The notes under the pieces were generated by a model. It had not been told where the DNA came from. It saw only the letters and a list, made by a program, of their open reading frames with translations, and made no database searches. A stretch of 50,193 bases of DNA from a virus. Taxonomy: Duplodnaviria; Heunggongvirae; Uroviricota; Caudoviricetes. Shown here one piece after another: positions 9,807 to 18,476 of this stretch; the stretch's first letter is position 1, and every line of letters begins with the position of its first letter. The position numbers and the translations under genes are program-made. Location of the stretch: IMG/VR virus record IMGVR_UViG_2585427746_000005, positions 1 to 50,193 of that record; one strand, written 5' to 3'.

Positions 9807-10380
9807 GCCATACGGGTTTTGTTGTATCAACTCGCATCAGCAAGACCCTGTATTTTATCCATTCAGCCAGCGCTGCGGTTTCTCCTTTCGTCGCGATTCC
9901 TGAGTTAACAGCATCCTGTCGCCATGCTATTTCAGAATCAGCCGCACCGCGAAGTTGTGATTTTTTCCGCTCAGCATCGGCTACATCCGCCGCCTGTTGA
10001 GCATCTGCGTCCGTCACCCACTCGCTACCGTTCCATATGTCATATGCGGTTGTCGGGGGTAATGTTGTCACGCCGTCAGCATAATCGCCCAACGCACCAA
10101 CAACAGATGATTTCCCGGTCATTGTGTCATACACAATATCCCCTCGATGGTCAGCGACATACATCCAATCGCTCAAATCAGCATTACGACAAATAGCAAA
10201 CCCATCTTTATTTTTGGGTGGCGCATCTGTGCATGAACTGGCTGGAATGCCAACACCTAAGGGAAGATATTCAACCGAACGGCCAATATATTCGCACGTC
10301 GTTTTATCATAGTTATAAACAATAATATTCCCTGCTGTTGTGGCAATATCATTTGCGCCTAAAATAGCGTCATTCATCAT
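9778..10380 (-). CDS. Tail fibre assembly protein (currently expressed cassette)
   Basis: C-terminus ...ALAEWIKYRVLLMRVDTTKPVWPTPP; ATGA overlap with the H stop. Confidence 0.8.
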   Translation of the reverse strand: MMNDAILGANDIATTAGNIIVYNYDKTTCEYIGRSVEYLPLGVGIPASSCTDAPPKNKDGFAICRNADLSDWMYVADHRGDIVYDTMTGKSSVVGALGDYADGVTTLPPTTAYDIWNGSEWVTDADAQQAADVADAERKKSQLRGAADSEIAWRQDAVNSGIATKGETAALAEWIKYRVLLMRVDTTKPVWPTPPVTQAS

Positions 10381-11489
10381 GCAGCCCTCACAATATAGTT
10401 AAATGCAATATTACGCGGCCTTGCGTAGCCCATATATTGAACACCATCGCTATTGCTCGGCGCTGAAGTCCATGTTGATGTCGCTTGAATGGCTCTTGCC
10501 CTTATCAAATCGCCATTGTTTTCACTTTTGTCCCATCCGAGGAGCGCAAGGGTATTCAGTGAAAACTGAACAATATTATCAACAGCGGATTCCCGTTCCT
10601 GAACTAAATAAGAGCCCTTTTGCCATGACAGCAATGTACGCCCACTATCAACACCACGACCATCATCCCATCCACGGATAAACTCACTGCGCAAATCAGG
10701 TAATTTCAGCGCTGGATAAGCCAGTGCCAGTTTCGGGTATTGCTGCGCAGTAAACGCAGCACCATTACATTTCAGCCACCCAGCCGGTGCTGTTGCGGTA
10801 GGCCACGGAACAGGGACGCCAACGGGCAACGCCGAGCCATCTCCCAAACCAAGGTATTCGAGAACGCCTGCGGCATCCGTTTTGCCCAGCATCAAACGAA
10901 TAAAATCACTCAAATCAGCCAGCGCGGCTGCCTTCTCCGCAGTGAAATATGGAAACTTTCCTTTAGCCGGTTTCAGCTCCGCCAGCGCGGTCAGGGTATC
11001 GCTTTTCTGCTGCCGGGTTTCAATGAGGTTATCGACATAGCTACGCGTTGCCAGCACTACAGATGGATCGATTTTCAGCGTGATGTTATCGGTGCTACTG
11101 GTGATCAGCACCATGCGCACGGTCTGCGTGCGTCCGCTACCTTCAACGAGCTGCGGCTTATAGCTTTCCGGGCAATTCCCCACGGCAATCAGCGCGCCGG
11201 TCTCATCGAACAGTCCAACCTCGCGAATCCACCAACCGCCCTCAGTTTCAGGGATCACTTGTTCAGCAATAATCTGGCTACTGTTCTGTGGATCGATATA
11301 AAGCATATTCAGCGCGGCGCGGCGTTTTTCTGCAACCAGCGCCGTCTGTTTTGCGTCAGGCGTCGGCAATGCTCCACCGCCGTCACCCACCGCCATCTGG
11401 GTAATTTTCAGAGGGATACCGAGCGCGGCAGCGCTTGCCAGCTTCGCCGCCCCAATATCCGTCATCAAGGTGTAAAATTTTGCGCTCAT
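10377..11489 (-). CDS. Tail fibre protein H (constant N-terminus plus current variable C-terminus)
   Basis: 370-aa ORF; inversion site falls in codons LEYLGLGD; C-terminal part has the WLKCNGAAF...LPDLRSEFIRGWDDGRG fibre tip motif. Confidence 0.85.
   Translation of the reverse strand: MSAKFYTLMTDIGAAKLASAAALGIPLKITQMAVGDGGGALPTPDAKQTALVAEKRRAALNMLYIDPQNSSQIIAEQVIPETEGGWWIREVGLFDETGALIAVGNCPESYKPQLVEGSGRTQTVRMVLITSSTDNITLKIDPSVVLATRSYVDNLIETRQQKSDTLTALAELKPAKGKFPYFTAEKAAALADLSDFIRLMLGKTDAAGVLEYLGLGDGSALPVGVPVPWPTATAPAGWLKCNGAAFTAQQYPKLALAYPALKLPDLRSEFIRGWDDGRGVDSGRTLLSWQKGSYLVQERESAVDNIVQFSLNTLALLGWDKSENNGDLIRARAIQATSTWTSAPSNSDGVQYMGYARPRNIAFNYIVRAA
10839..10864. repeat. Right inversion site (hix/gix-like) inside tail-fibre gene H
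   Basis: ATCTCCCAAACC-AA-GGTATTCGAGAA; inverted relative to the left site, 17/26 identical when aligned, identical codon phase. Confidence 0.6.
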
Positions 11490-12097
11490 GGGTTCACTCT
11501 CATTGTGTCGATATCGTGGACCGCGCCGCTATGGTACGCAGTGCCGCCGGAAACGATGGTTTCATTGATATACGGGTAAATCGTAATTTCTTCGCCGGTA
11601 TAGGTCGCGGCTCCGAGGTAATACGGGCCACTGGTTTGCAGATTGATAGACATGCCGATCAGATGGCGGCTGCACGGTTTTGCATCACTAATCAGGCGCT
11701 CAAGCTCCAGATAGGTTTCCTCTGTGATCCCCTGGTCCTGCACACCTATATCCAGCCGGAATGTGCCCGGCTGCTCACCGTTTTGCCACCACTCAATAAT
11801 GCGGATCAGGAAACCAAACGGCTCAACCACGCGACGAACGGCGCTGAGCGTCCCTTTGTGCTGATGAATATAGAAAGCATCCTGCACTACCCGGCGTTTT
11901 GTACTTTCGGCCCAGCTTTCGTCCCAGCGGTCCACTGAAAAAGCCCAGGCCAGATAAGGCAGAAAGCGGACCGGACACGTTGCCGGGTTCCACAGGTCGC
12001 GCAGTGGAACCTGCAGATCAGAAATGCCGCTGCAGGTCAGAGCCAGGCGACGCTCAAGGGCAGATGAGCCAGGCGGCAGAAGCGTGTTGTTACTCAT
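11486..12097 (-). CDS. Baseplate/tail protein I (P2 gpI-like)
   Basis: Start moved to ATG (MSNNTLLPPGSSALERRL) with GAGG SD, 4 nt after the J stop. Confidence 0.75.
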   Translation of the reverse strand: MSNNTLLPPGSSALERRLALTCSGISDLQVPLRDLWNPATCPVRFLPYLAWAFSVDRWDESWAESTKRRVVQDAFYIHQHKGTLSAVRRVVEPFGFLIRIIEWWQNGEQPGTFRLDIGVQDQGITEETYLELERLISDAKPCSRHLIGMSINLQTSGPYYLGAATYTGEEITIYPYINETIVSGGTAYHSGAVHDIDTMRVNP

Positions 12098-13007
12098 TTT
12101 CGGCAACCTCACTCGCCACCGATACATCACACCCATCGCAAAAACCGGATTCTGTGCGGTCCATAATGATATCGGCGGCAGGCTCAATCATTTCTACCCA
12201 ATCCACCCCGGCAACACGTAACACCGCGCCATAAGACTCACTGCGCACACTTCGGCCCAGGCGCTTTTGCTCAATCAGGTATGCGGCTAAATTCGCGTTA
12301 GCCGCCTCAAGGCATGGCCCTGCAATGACACCATCAAATAGATGCAGTTTTGCTTTAACGCTGTAGTGGTGAATCGCGGCAGACTGCACCGTGACACGGT
12401 CCGCAATGGGCCTTTTATCTTCCCCGTTTACCGCCAGCGCCACCGCGCCCAGCAGCTCCTCGGATGCGGTCCCATCCCCGTCATGACTCAGAACGGTAAG
12501 CACCACCTCCGCCGGGGCCGGGCTGGTCGCACTGGCATCAGCCACGCGCCCATCGGCACTTTTAGCGTGAAACTCATAGGCCGCAGATGGCCCTGCAACG
12601 GATAGCCCTTCAAAGGCTTCCGGCACGCGCTGGCGTAATGCATCATCACTTTCCATCACAGCGGCGACCGGCGGCACAGAGTCATCATCTGCTGGCGTTA
12701 CCGTCAGACGTTTTACGTTGTTGTTTCCCGCGAGCTGATCCAGATCGGTACCGATGGCATAAGCCGCCATGACAGCCTGCGCAGCTTCATTGATACGCTG
12801 ACGCAGCAAAATTTCACGGTAGGTATTTTCCTGCAGCTGCTTGACGATGGGATCAGACTCCAGCGCCAGCGTGCGCGCCACAGCCTCCTGTTCGTCTGCA
12901 GGATAAAGCGCGACAAAATCCGCCTTGCGTTCCGCCAGTAGCGCTTCAAAATCCGGCACATCCACAATCTGCGGCGGCAGCAGTTGGGAAAGGTCAATTA
13001 CTGCCAT
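12090..13007 (-). CDS. Baseplate assembly protein J (P2 gpJ-like)
   Basis: Start moved to ATG (MAVIDLSQLLPP...) with AGGAG SD. Confidence 0.8.
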   Translation of the reverse strand: MAVIDLSQLLPPQIVDVPDFEALLAERKADFVALYPADEQEAVARTLALESDPIVKQLQENTYREILLRQRINEAAQAVMAAYAIGTDLDQLAGNNNVKRLTVTPADDDSVPPVAAVMESDDALRQRVPEAFEGLSVAGPSAAYEFHAKSADGRVADASATSPAPAEVVLTVLSHDGDGTASEELLGAVALAVNGEDKRPIADRVTVQSAAIHHYSVKAKLHLFDGVIAGPCLEAANANLAAYLIEQKRLGRSVRSESYGAVLRVAGVDWVEMIEPAADIIMDRTESGFCDGCDVSVASEVAENE

Positions 13008-13353
13008 TTTCAGCTCCTGTCGATATGGAAAGAGAAACTGCGGCGCCATCGTTGCGCTGCCCGGAAAGCTCCACCACCATCGAGCCATCAAAATTTGTGC
13101 TGATAGAAATGGCATCCAGCGTCAGGCGAGGTTCCCAGCGGCTCAGCGCCACATAAACGGCAGACATAACCTGCAGGCGCAGCGCCGGGTTCTGAGGCTG
13201 ATCGATAAGCTCAGAAAGCAGCGAGCCATATTCCCTGCGGGCAATCCGGCTGCCCTGCGGCGTCAGCAAAATATCCCGCACCGATTGGCGCAAATGGTCC
13301 GTATCCGTGATCGCTTTTCCGTTGGTCTGACTCATGCCCAGATACATCGTCAT
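12994..13353 (-). CDS. Baseplate protein W (P2 gpW-like)
   Basis: 119-aa ORF, ATG start, ATGA overlap with V stop. Confidence 0.8.
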   Translation of the reverse strand: MTMYLGMSQTNGKAITDTDHLRQSVRDILLTPQGSRIARREYGSLLSELIDQPQNPALRLQVMSAVYVALSRWEPRLTLDAISISTNFDGSMVVELSGQRNDGAAVSLSISTGAENGSN

Positions 13354-13928
13354 ACCGGCCCCCCTGATTTATCACTGCCAGCTTTCACACCATCATGACC
13401 GTGTTTATCAACCACAATGTCGTTTGAACTCATGGCGCCGCCGCCCTGGGTAACACCGCCGTTAATCACCACATCACTGTTAATCCGCGTATTGTCAGCC
13501 TCCACCACAAACTCACTGGTTTTAAAAGTGACGTTATCGGCAGCCTCGATCACCATGGATTTGATGCCCCTAACATACCAGCGGCCCGTGGCGGGTTCGT
13601 ATTCAAACCAGCCGCCATCGTCATATTCGGTCACGCTGCCGTCCTCAGAATCAGACGGCGGCGGGTACTGATTGGAATAGACGGCAGGCAGCGCAAAGGC
13701 GGTTTCAAGATTGCCGCCAAGACTCAGCAGCACAACCTGCTCACCCACTGACGGTTTCCACCACGTACGTGATTTACCGGCGCGGCAGGTCAGCCAGTTA
13801 ACCCAGTTGGTTTCGAGATCGCCTGTTTTCACCCGGCATAGCCAGTTCTTCCGGTCCACTTCCGTTACAGTTCCGGTGCGGATCAGATTGGTGATAAGGC
13901 GCATGATTTCTGTTAGCTGTGTATTCAT
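13350..13928 (-). CDS. Baseplate spike/assembly protein V (P2 gpV-like)
   Basis: Start set at ATG MNTQLTEIMRLITNLIRTG; exact start uncertain (alternative ATG at 13904). Confidence 0.75.
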   Translation of the reverse strand: MNTQLTEIMRLITNLIRTGTVTEVDRKNWLCRVKTGDLETNWVNWLTCRAGKSRTWWKPSVGEQVVLLSLGGNLETAFALPAVYSNQYPPPSDSEDGSVTEYDDGGWFEYEPATGRWYVRGIKSMVIEAADNVTFKTSEFVVEADNTRINSDVVINGGVTQGGGAMSSNDIVVDKHGHDGVKAGSDKSGGPV

Positions 13929-13974
13929 TCCAATACAATGCAGAGAATACTTTCGATCAGCACTCTGTTGCTTT

Positions 13975-13992
13975 TGTATGGTGTTTAATACA
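13975..13992. promoter_or_regulatory. Candidate late promoter dyad TGT-N12-ACA between V and the divergent moron
   Basis: TGTATGGTGTTTAATACA in the 105-bp V / moron intergenic region. Confidence 0.4.
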
Positions 13993-14033
13993 ATAATCAG
14001 AATCAAGTCGAACAAAACAGCATGAGTTAAGAA

Positions 14034-14927
14034 ATGTCCCTTTATAAATACGTTTCAGCCACAACGCTCGAATACATTCTGAACGGTTCAATACGATTCA
14101 CTCAACCCGGAGGATTTAACGACCCATTCGAATTAGCTTTAGAAGTTTACAATCCTACCCTTAATGAAGATGAAAAAGTAAATATACAATTTGATGTTTT
14201 ATCGCAAGATGATTTAATTAATAAATACCTTCTTGATAAGGACTTTCAAGACGACAATTGTAGTGATGTTTTTTCTCGCGAACTTATAAGTAACCTAAAC
14301 AAAGAAATAGGCATACTATGCTTATCTAAAAATTCAGACTCCCATCTAATGTGGGCTCACTATGCCGATGAGTATAGCGGTGCTGTCATAGAGTTTGATG
14401 AAAACCATGAATATTTCTCTGGCTTAACTGAAGTTAAATATGAAAAAGATCGGCCAATTATTCACATGAATTATTTCCTAGAAAATAAAACGATCCCAAT
14501 TTCAAACCTATGCATCAAGCCGGACATTTGGAGTTACGAGAAAGAATTCAGAATAACAAGGTCATTAAGAGACTGTAAAAAAAACAAAGCCAAAACTAAA
14601 AAGTTCGATATTTACACGAACGAAATACCTCTTGATGCCATTAAAACCGTTACACTTGGCGAGCGATGCTCTCTAGAATCTGCTCGCAATACATATCATA
14701 AGCTTAAGAATACCCATGTTGCCTTGAGTATAGCTGCATTAGCAAATTGGAAGTATGAATTCCGTTATGAACCAATAAAATTTAATGAGCCAATCAAAAA
14801 TATGTCCCCGATGATCTCACCACGCACAGCGGAGATTTTTGCAGAAGATAAATCCTCGTTAGGTGAAGTTGCAAGATACATCCTCCAAAAACACCCAATG
14901 AGCAAAATAACTAAATGGCGATTATAA
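14034..14927 (+). CDS. Moron: DUF2971-like protein
   Basis: 297-aa ORF, ATG start; N-terminus LYKYVSATTLEYILNGSIRFTQPGGFNDPFE resembles the DUF2971 signature; AT-rich, opposite strand to the late operons; 3' end overlaps S by 6 nt. Confidence 0.7.
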   Translation: MSLYKYVSATTLEYILNGSIRFTQPGGFNDPFELALEVYNPTLNEDEKVNIQFDVLSQDDLINKYLLDKDFQDDNCSDVFSRELISNLNKEIGILCLSKNSDSHLMWAHYADEYSGAVIEFDENHEYFSGLTEVKYEKDRPIIHMNYFLENKTIPISNLCIKPDIWSYEKEFRITRSLRDCKKNKAKTKKFDIYTNEIPLDAIKTVTLGERCSLESARNTYHKLKNTHVALSIAALANWKYEFRYEPIKFNEPIKNMSPMISPRTAEIFAEDKSSLGEVARYILQKHPMSKITKWRL

Positions 14928-15374
14928 CAATCGACATAACCAATTTATCATGGTGTCTTTGATCAATCTCTCAGATTCAGAGTTGAATCCAAGGAGGTTA
15001 CGTTCTGTATAGCGGATTTCTGGTCCCTTGCGGCTAACCCGATCGCGCAGACCATAGTGGTGTACGCGGGCAATGCGCTGCACCCGCCCCTCAAACTGCA
15101 CGCTGGCAGAATCTGCGCTGGCGGTGGCTTTCAGGTATTTAGCGGTACGCAATTTGGTGAACATCTGCCGCTTAATTCGCCCCTGCTTCGTACGAGCCGT
15201 AACGCGGCGCGGCTCGTAGCCGCTGCCATCCGGGTTACGCTGCAGCCTGATGTTTTTTTGCTGCGTGCGGCGCAGCTGCTGCGCCAGCTCGCGCAGCATC
15301 CGCTTTCTTTCTGCCGGGGCGAGGCTTGCCAGCAGGGCTGTTAGCCACGCATCAACCTGCTGCAGCTCATCCAC
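14922..15374 (-). CDS. Tail completion protein S (P2 gpS-like)
   Basis: 150-aa ORF with GTG start overlapping the R stop. Confidence 0.7.
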   Translation of the reverse strand: MDELQQVDAWLTALLASLAPAERKRMLRELAQQLRRTQQKNIRLQRNPDGSGYEPRRVTARTKQGRIKRQMFTKLRTAKYLKATASADSASVQFEGRVQRIARVHHYGLRDRVSRKGPEIRYTERNLLGFNSESERLIKDTMINWLCRLL

Positions 15375-15822
15375 GTTTCACTGTCCACATTGCATCATCA
15401 GGGTTTTCCGGCTCCGGTACAGCCTCCACGCTCGACACGCCGCCGTCAGTGCTGACCACAACGCGCTCCGTCAGCTGCAGGTCTATGCTGATATCGCAAA
15501 TATCATTGCGCAGAATATCCACCTCAAAGCTAAACAGTTTTTCCCTCAGCTCCGGATTATTGATAGCGTCAGGCTGGTTAATGCTCAGCCACTGGAGGAT
15601 CGGTGCCATCAACAAATTCTGGTCGCCGCTGAAATCGACTATCACCACGTTCAGGGTGTACCGGTATTCCCATGAAATAGACGGCGCGCCGGTCGCCACT
15701 ACTGCGCCTTTGTCCACGAACATATGCAGCTTGTCCGGGTTCTCCCGGATGTACTGCACCGACTTATTGAGTGCGTGGCGTAAGGATTGAGGCTTGTTCA
15801 CTGTTTCGCTCCTGGCAGGCAA
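15367..15822 (-). CDS. Tail completion protein R (P2 gpR-like)
   Basis: Start ambiguous: TTG at 15822 (AGGTGG SD) or GTG at 15801 (AGGAG SD). Confidence 0.7.
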   Translation of the reverse strand: MPARSETVNKPQSLRHALNKSVQYIRENPDKLHMFVDKGAVVATGAPSISWEYRYTLNVVIVDFSGDQNLLMAPILQWLSINQPDAINNPELREKLFSFEVDILRNDICDISIDLQLTERVVVSTDGGVSSVEAVPEPENPDDAMWTVKRG

Positions 15823-16045
15823 TAATCACATCCACCTTATCAGCGCAGATGGCCCATGCAGCCTCGGCTTCATCAGCCGCCGTAAGCAGATCGCCGTTAG
15901 TCCTGGCTGACGACTTTTGCAGGCGGCACTGTGTTATTTTCGGACAGCCATTCACGGTAAGCTGCACCTCCGGCGAGCGCGGGGCGGTCCCGCAACCTGA
16001 TAACGTCAGGAGGCAAAGGAGTATCAGACCAGCGCCGCAAATCAT
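15764..16045 (-). CDS. o-spanin lipoprotein (LysC/Rz1-like), nested in the i-spanin gene in another frame
   Basis: ATG start giving MICGAGLILLCLLTLSGC with lipobox LSGC; embedded in the 3' part of the upstream spanin gene. Confidence 0.6.
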   Translation of the reverse strand: MICGAGLILLCLLTLSGCGTAPRSPEVQLTVNGCPKITQCRLQKSSARTNGDLLTAADEAEAAWAICADKVDVIIACQERNSEQASILTPRTQ

Positions 16046-16322
16046 CGTTTTCACGTTTAAGCTCCTCAATACGCCGTTGCCGCTGGCGCAGTAGCGCGGT
16101 GGATTCTTCCGCCGCCGCATAAAGCCGCGCCTGCTCCCGGTTGTTGGTTTCGGTCAGAACAGACAGCGCGATCAGCTGACTGCTGGCGCGGGCCTGTTTT
16201 TCCTTGCTGGCTTCAAGATCACGTCCCTGCAGCTCAATCGTCTGCCGGGCCTTGTTCAACTGCCACGATTGCCAGCCAAGCAAGGCAAGAACCAGCGCTA
16301 TCACCGCCGCCAGTATGCGCAT
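15897..16322 (-). CDS. i-spanin (LysB/Rz-like)
   Basis: N-terminal TM helix MRILAAVIALVLALLGW then charged coiled-coil region; directly downstream of the endolysin. Confidence 0.65.
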   Translation of the reverse strand: MRILAAVIALVLALLGWQSWQLNKARQTIELQGRDLEASKEKQARASSQLIALSVLTETNNREQARLYAAAEESTALLRQRQRRIEELKRENDDLRRWSDTPLPPDVIRLRDRPALAGGAAYREWLSENNTVPPAKVVSQD

Positions 16323-16352
16323 CAGGCCACCGCCACTTTATTTTTCATTCCG

Positions 16353-16862
16353 TTACGCTCCCTTTAAGCACCAGGACAGCTCCCGCGCGCGGCGGTTATC
16401 CAGCCCCTGATTAAATACACCGTTGACATACACCCAGCGCGGCAGCTGATAGCACGCATCCCGCCAGCGCTTCTGATTAATAAACTTCACCATGGTGGAA
16501 CTGCAGGCATTGCCGGTCCCAACGTTAAAGGCCAGAGACACCAGCGCGTCATAGACAAACTGCGGAACATCCACTAGGACACAGCGCGCCAGCGCGGTTT
16601 CAACCCTCAGCACGTTGGTGATGAAGTTCCCCGCCGCCTGCCGTTCTGTAATGGTCCGGCCCGGCTTCACGCCTGACGTGTTGCCGATGCCGTCAGTCCA
16701 CACACCCGCATCACACTGATAAGGCTGCAGGCGACATCCCTCGTAATCCGCAATCAGCTTTAATCCTTCCACCGATGTGTGGAGTTGCTGAAAACCCGGC
16801 AGCGTGGCGGCAATCGCCAGCACCACACCGATAACGCAGTTTTTAACGGCCCGCAGACTCAT
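16353..16862 (-). CDS. Endolysin, GH24 phage lysozyme with N-terminal SAR-like hydrophobic segment
   Basis: Start moved to ATG (MSLRAVKNCVIGVVLAIAATLPG...); E-x8-D-x5-T catalytic triad pattern in EGLKLIADYEGCRLQPYQCDAGVWTDGIGNT. Confidence 0.8.
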   Translation of the reverse strand: MSLRAVKNCVIGVVLAIAATLPGFQQLHTSVEGLKLIADYEGCRLQPYQCDAGVWTDGIGNTSGVKPGRTITERQAAGNFITNVLRVETALARCVLVDVPQFVYDALVSLAFNVGTGNACSSTMVKFINQKRWRDACYQLPRWVYVNGVFNQGLDNRRARELSWCLKGA

Positions 16863-17058
16863 ATTCACCCCGGCTGATTTTTCCGCTGGCAAGCAGCTGA
16901 TAGGTCTTGTGCCGGTAGTACCAGCTGACCAGAAACATGCACAAACCCAGCACCATTCCGGTGATGGTCGCTGCCGCCTGCAGATCAAAGTTCCCAAGCT
17001 TCGCCATGAATAAGGCGATGCAGTACGTAACAAAGGCGCTGATTCGTTCAAGCGTCAT
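16843..17058 (-). CDS. Holin (P2 gpY-like)
   Basis: 71-aa protein with two hydrophobic helices and charged C-terminus, immediately upstream of the endolysin. Confidence 0.75.
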   Translation of the reverse strand: MTLERISAFVTYCIALFMAKLGNFDLQAAATITGMVLGLCMFLVSWYYRHKTYQLLASGKISRGEYESAGR

Positions 17059-17061
17059 AGT

Positions 17062-17265
17062 TCAGTCCCATAGCTGGACGGTCTGCACCGTGGTCGTGGC
17101 GGCAATATCCGGCAGCTCCACCTGCAGGCCGTGTGGTAAAAATGGGCCATATTCAGCCAGCCCCGGATTTGCCTGCAGTACCTGTTCCGTGACGCCCTGC
17201 GTGCGTCCGTAATGACGCCAGCAAAGCGCGTCCACCGTGTCATTCTGGTACGCACGCACTTTCAT
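17062..17265 (-). CDS. Tail protein X (P2 gpX-like)
   Basis: 67 aa from the internal ATG; MKVRAYQNDTVDALCWRHYGRTQGV...ANPGLAEYG resembles P2 gpX; ATGA overlap with L. Confidence 0.75.
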   Translation of the reverse strand: MKVRAYQNDTVDALCWRHYGRTQGVTEQVLQANPGLAEYGPFLPHGLQVELPDIAATTTVQTVQLWD

Positions 17266-17729
17266 CAGATCAGCTCCACCGTGCAGTGCGGCGCATCCTG
17301 TACCCGACTGATAGCCCAGCGGGCATCCCGCCACAGGTCGCCGCTGGCCTCCGCCAGTTCCTCTCCCCGCTTCACGCCAGACGCCGTGGCGTCATAGTCC
17401 TGATAACGCTCATTGACCTGCGCACGCGCCCAGCAAAAAACAGCATTGTGATAGTGGTGGATGCGCTCGCTTTTACCGTCCAGCTGCTCCGCAGGCACAT
17501 CTGCCAGCGTCATAAACCCCAGCATCTGCTGGCGCTGGCGGAAGGTGTAAAGCTCTGCGTTAACTTCTGACATAGCGGAAAGGATCAACTGCTTTAAACG
17601 TGGTGCCGTCACCGTGCCGTCCGTTCGCATCACGCTGCGAAATTCCGACAAATCAACATCAGGCCAGAACGGCGTATTTTTGATGACTTCGGCCTGTTCC
17701 GGTGCCTGTTCGGGCGCAACAAACTTCAT
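17265..17729 (-). CDS. Head completion/stabilisation protein L (P2 gpL-like)
   Basis: 154-aa ORF, ATG start, position between M and X. Confidence 0.8.
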   Translation of the reverse strand: MKFVAPEQAPEQAEVIKNTPFWPDVDLSEFRSVMRTDGTVTAPRLKQLILSAMSEVNAELYTFRQRQQMLGFMTLADVPAEQLDGKSERIHHYHNAVFCWARAQVNERYQDYDATASGVKRGEELAEASGDLWRDARWAISRVQDAPHCTVELI

Positions 17730-17822
17730 GCGGCTTTCTCCAGATTAGAGGGCGGTGGACGGGGTTTTGATGTGGCGTTGCCTTTCGCCACCCCGTGCCG
17801 CCCGTGCGCGGGGCACGTTCGG

Positions 17823-18473
17823 TCAGCTACTGGCGGCGCGCAAACGGCGCTCCAGTTGCTGTTTATCTTTCTTCACGCCACAGTGGTTATCGAGCTGCAG
17901 CGCATGGTTGAGGTGGTTAAGCGCTGATGCGGGGCTGGATTCAGCCAATACAAGGCCGATTGCTTTATGCAGTCGCGCCCGTGACTGATCCGGCATATCG
18001 TGATCGGCGGTAAGGTCCAGCGTCTGCAGAAGCGGCTCAGCGTCAAAGCCCGTTGCGGCAATCAGGGCGCTTTGCGCCGCGTCTGCAATTTCTTCCGCCA
18101 GCACCGTCTGCACGTTCCGATTGCCAATTGGCATCACCCAACCCTGACGCAGCGCATGACGCCCGATTTCCAGCGCTCCGGCATAATCACCGGCATCGAT
18201 ACGCCATAGCATCACGAACATCAGCACATCGTCCTGCTGCGTACCTCCGGCAGCCAGCACCCCCTCAGCCCAGGCGGCATACTTAGGCAGCAACTCAACT
18301 TTGATTTGTGCCTTTGTTACCGTGGACTGGATGCCTTTAAGGCGGCGGCGATCCTCCGCCAGCTGCAGCAGCATCAGGTCATAACCTGACGCATGGCGAA
18401 CACTGCCGCCCTGACGGGCGGCCTGTTCAGCCTGGACGCGCAGGCGGTGCTGCCTTGCGGGACTCAGGCTCAT
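17823..18473 (-). CDS. Terminase endonuclease (small) subunit M (P2 gpM-like)
   Basis: 216-aa ORF, ATG start, follows the capsid gene N. Confidence 0.8.
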   Translation of the reverse strand: MSLSPARQHRLRVQAEQAARQGGSVRHASGYDLMLLQLAEDRRRLKGIQSTVTKAQIKVELLPKYAAWAEGVLAAGGTQQDDVLMFVMLWRIDAGDYAGALEIGRHALRQGWVMPIGNRNVQTVLAEEIADAAQSALIAATGFDAEPLLQTLDLTADHDMPDQSRARLHKAIGLVLAESSPASALNHLNHALQLDNHCGVKKDKQQLERRLRAASS

Positions 18474-18476
18474 GCA

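Larger units (their letters stand above)
8732..10864. other. Invertible tail-fibre segment (Mu G-segment-like)
   Basis: Two 26-bp hix/gix-like sites in inverted orientation, both inside the same reading frame; two opposed cassettes of fibre C-terminus plus Tfa; invertase gene adjacent. Confidence 0.65.

Noticed and set aside
15057-15790. Plus-strand ORFs (95-154 aa) overlapping tail completion genes S and R
   Set aside because: Antisense to well-supported late genes; no start context or recognisable motifs.
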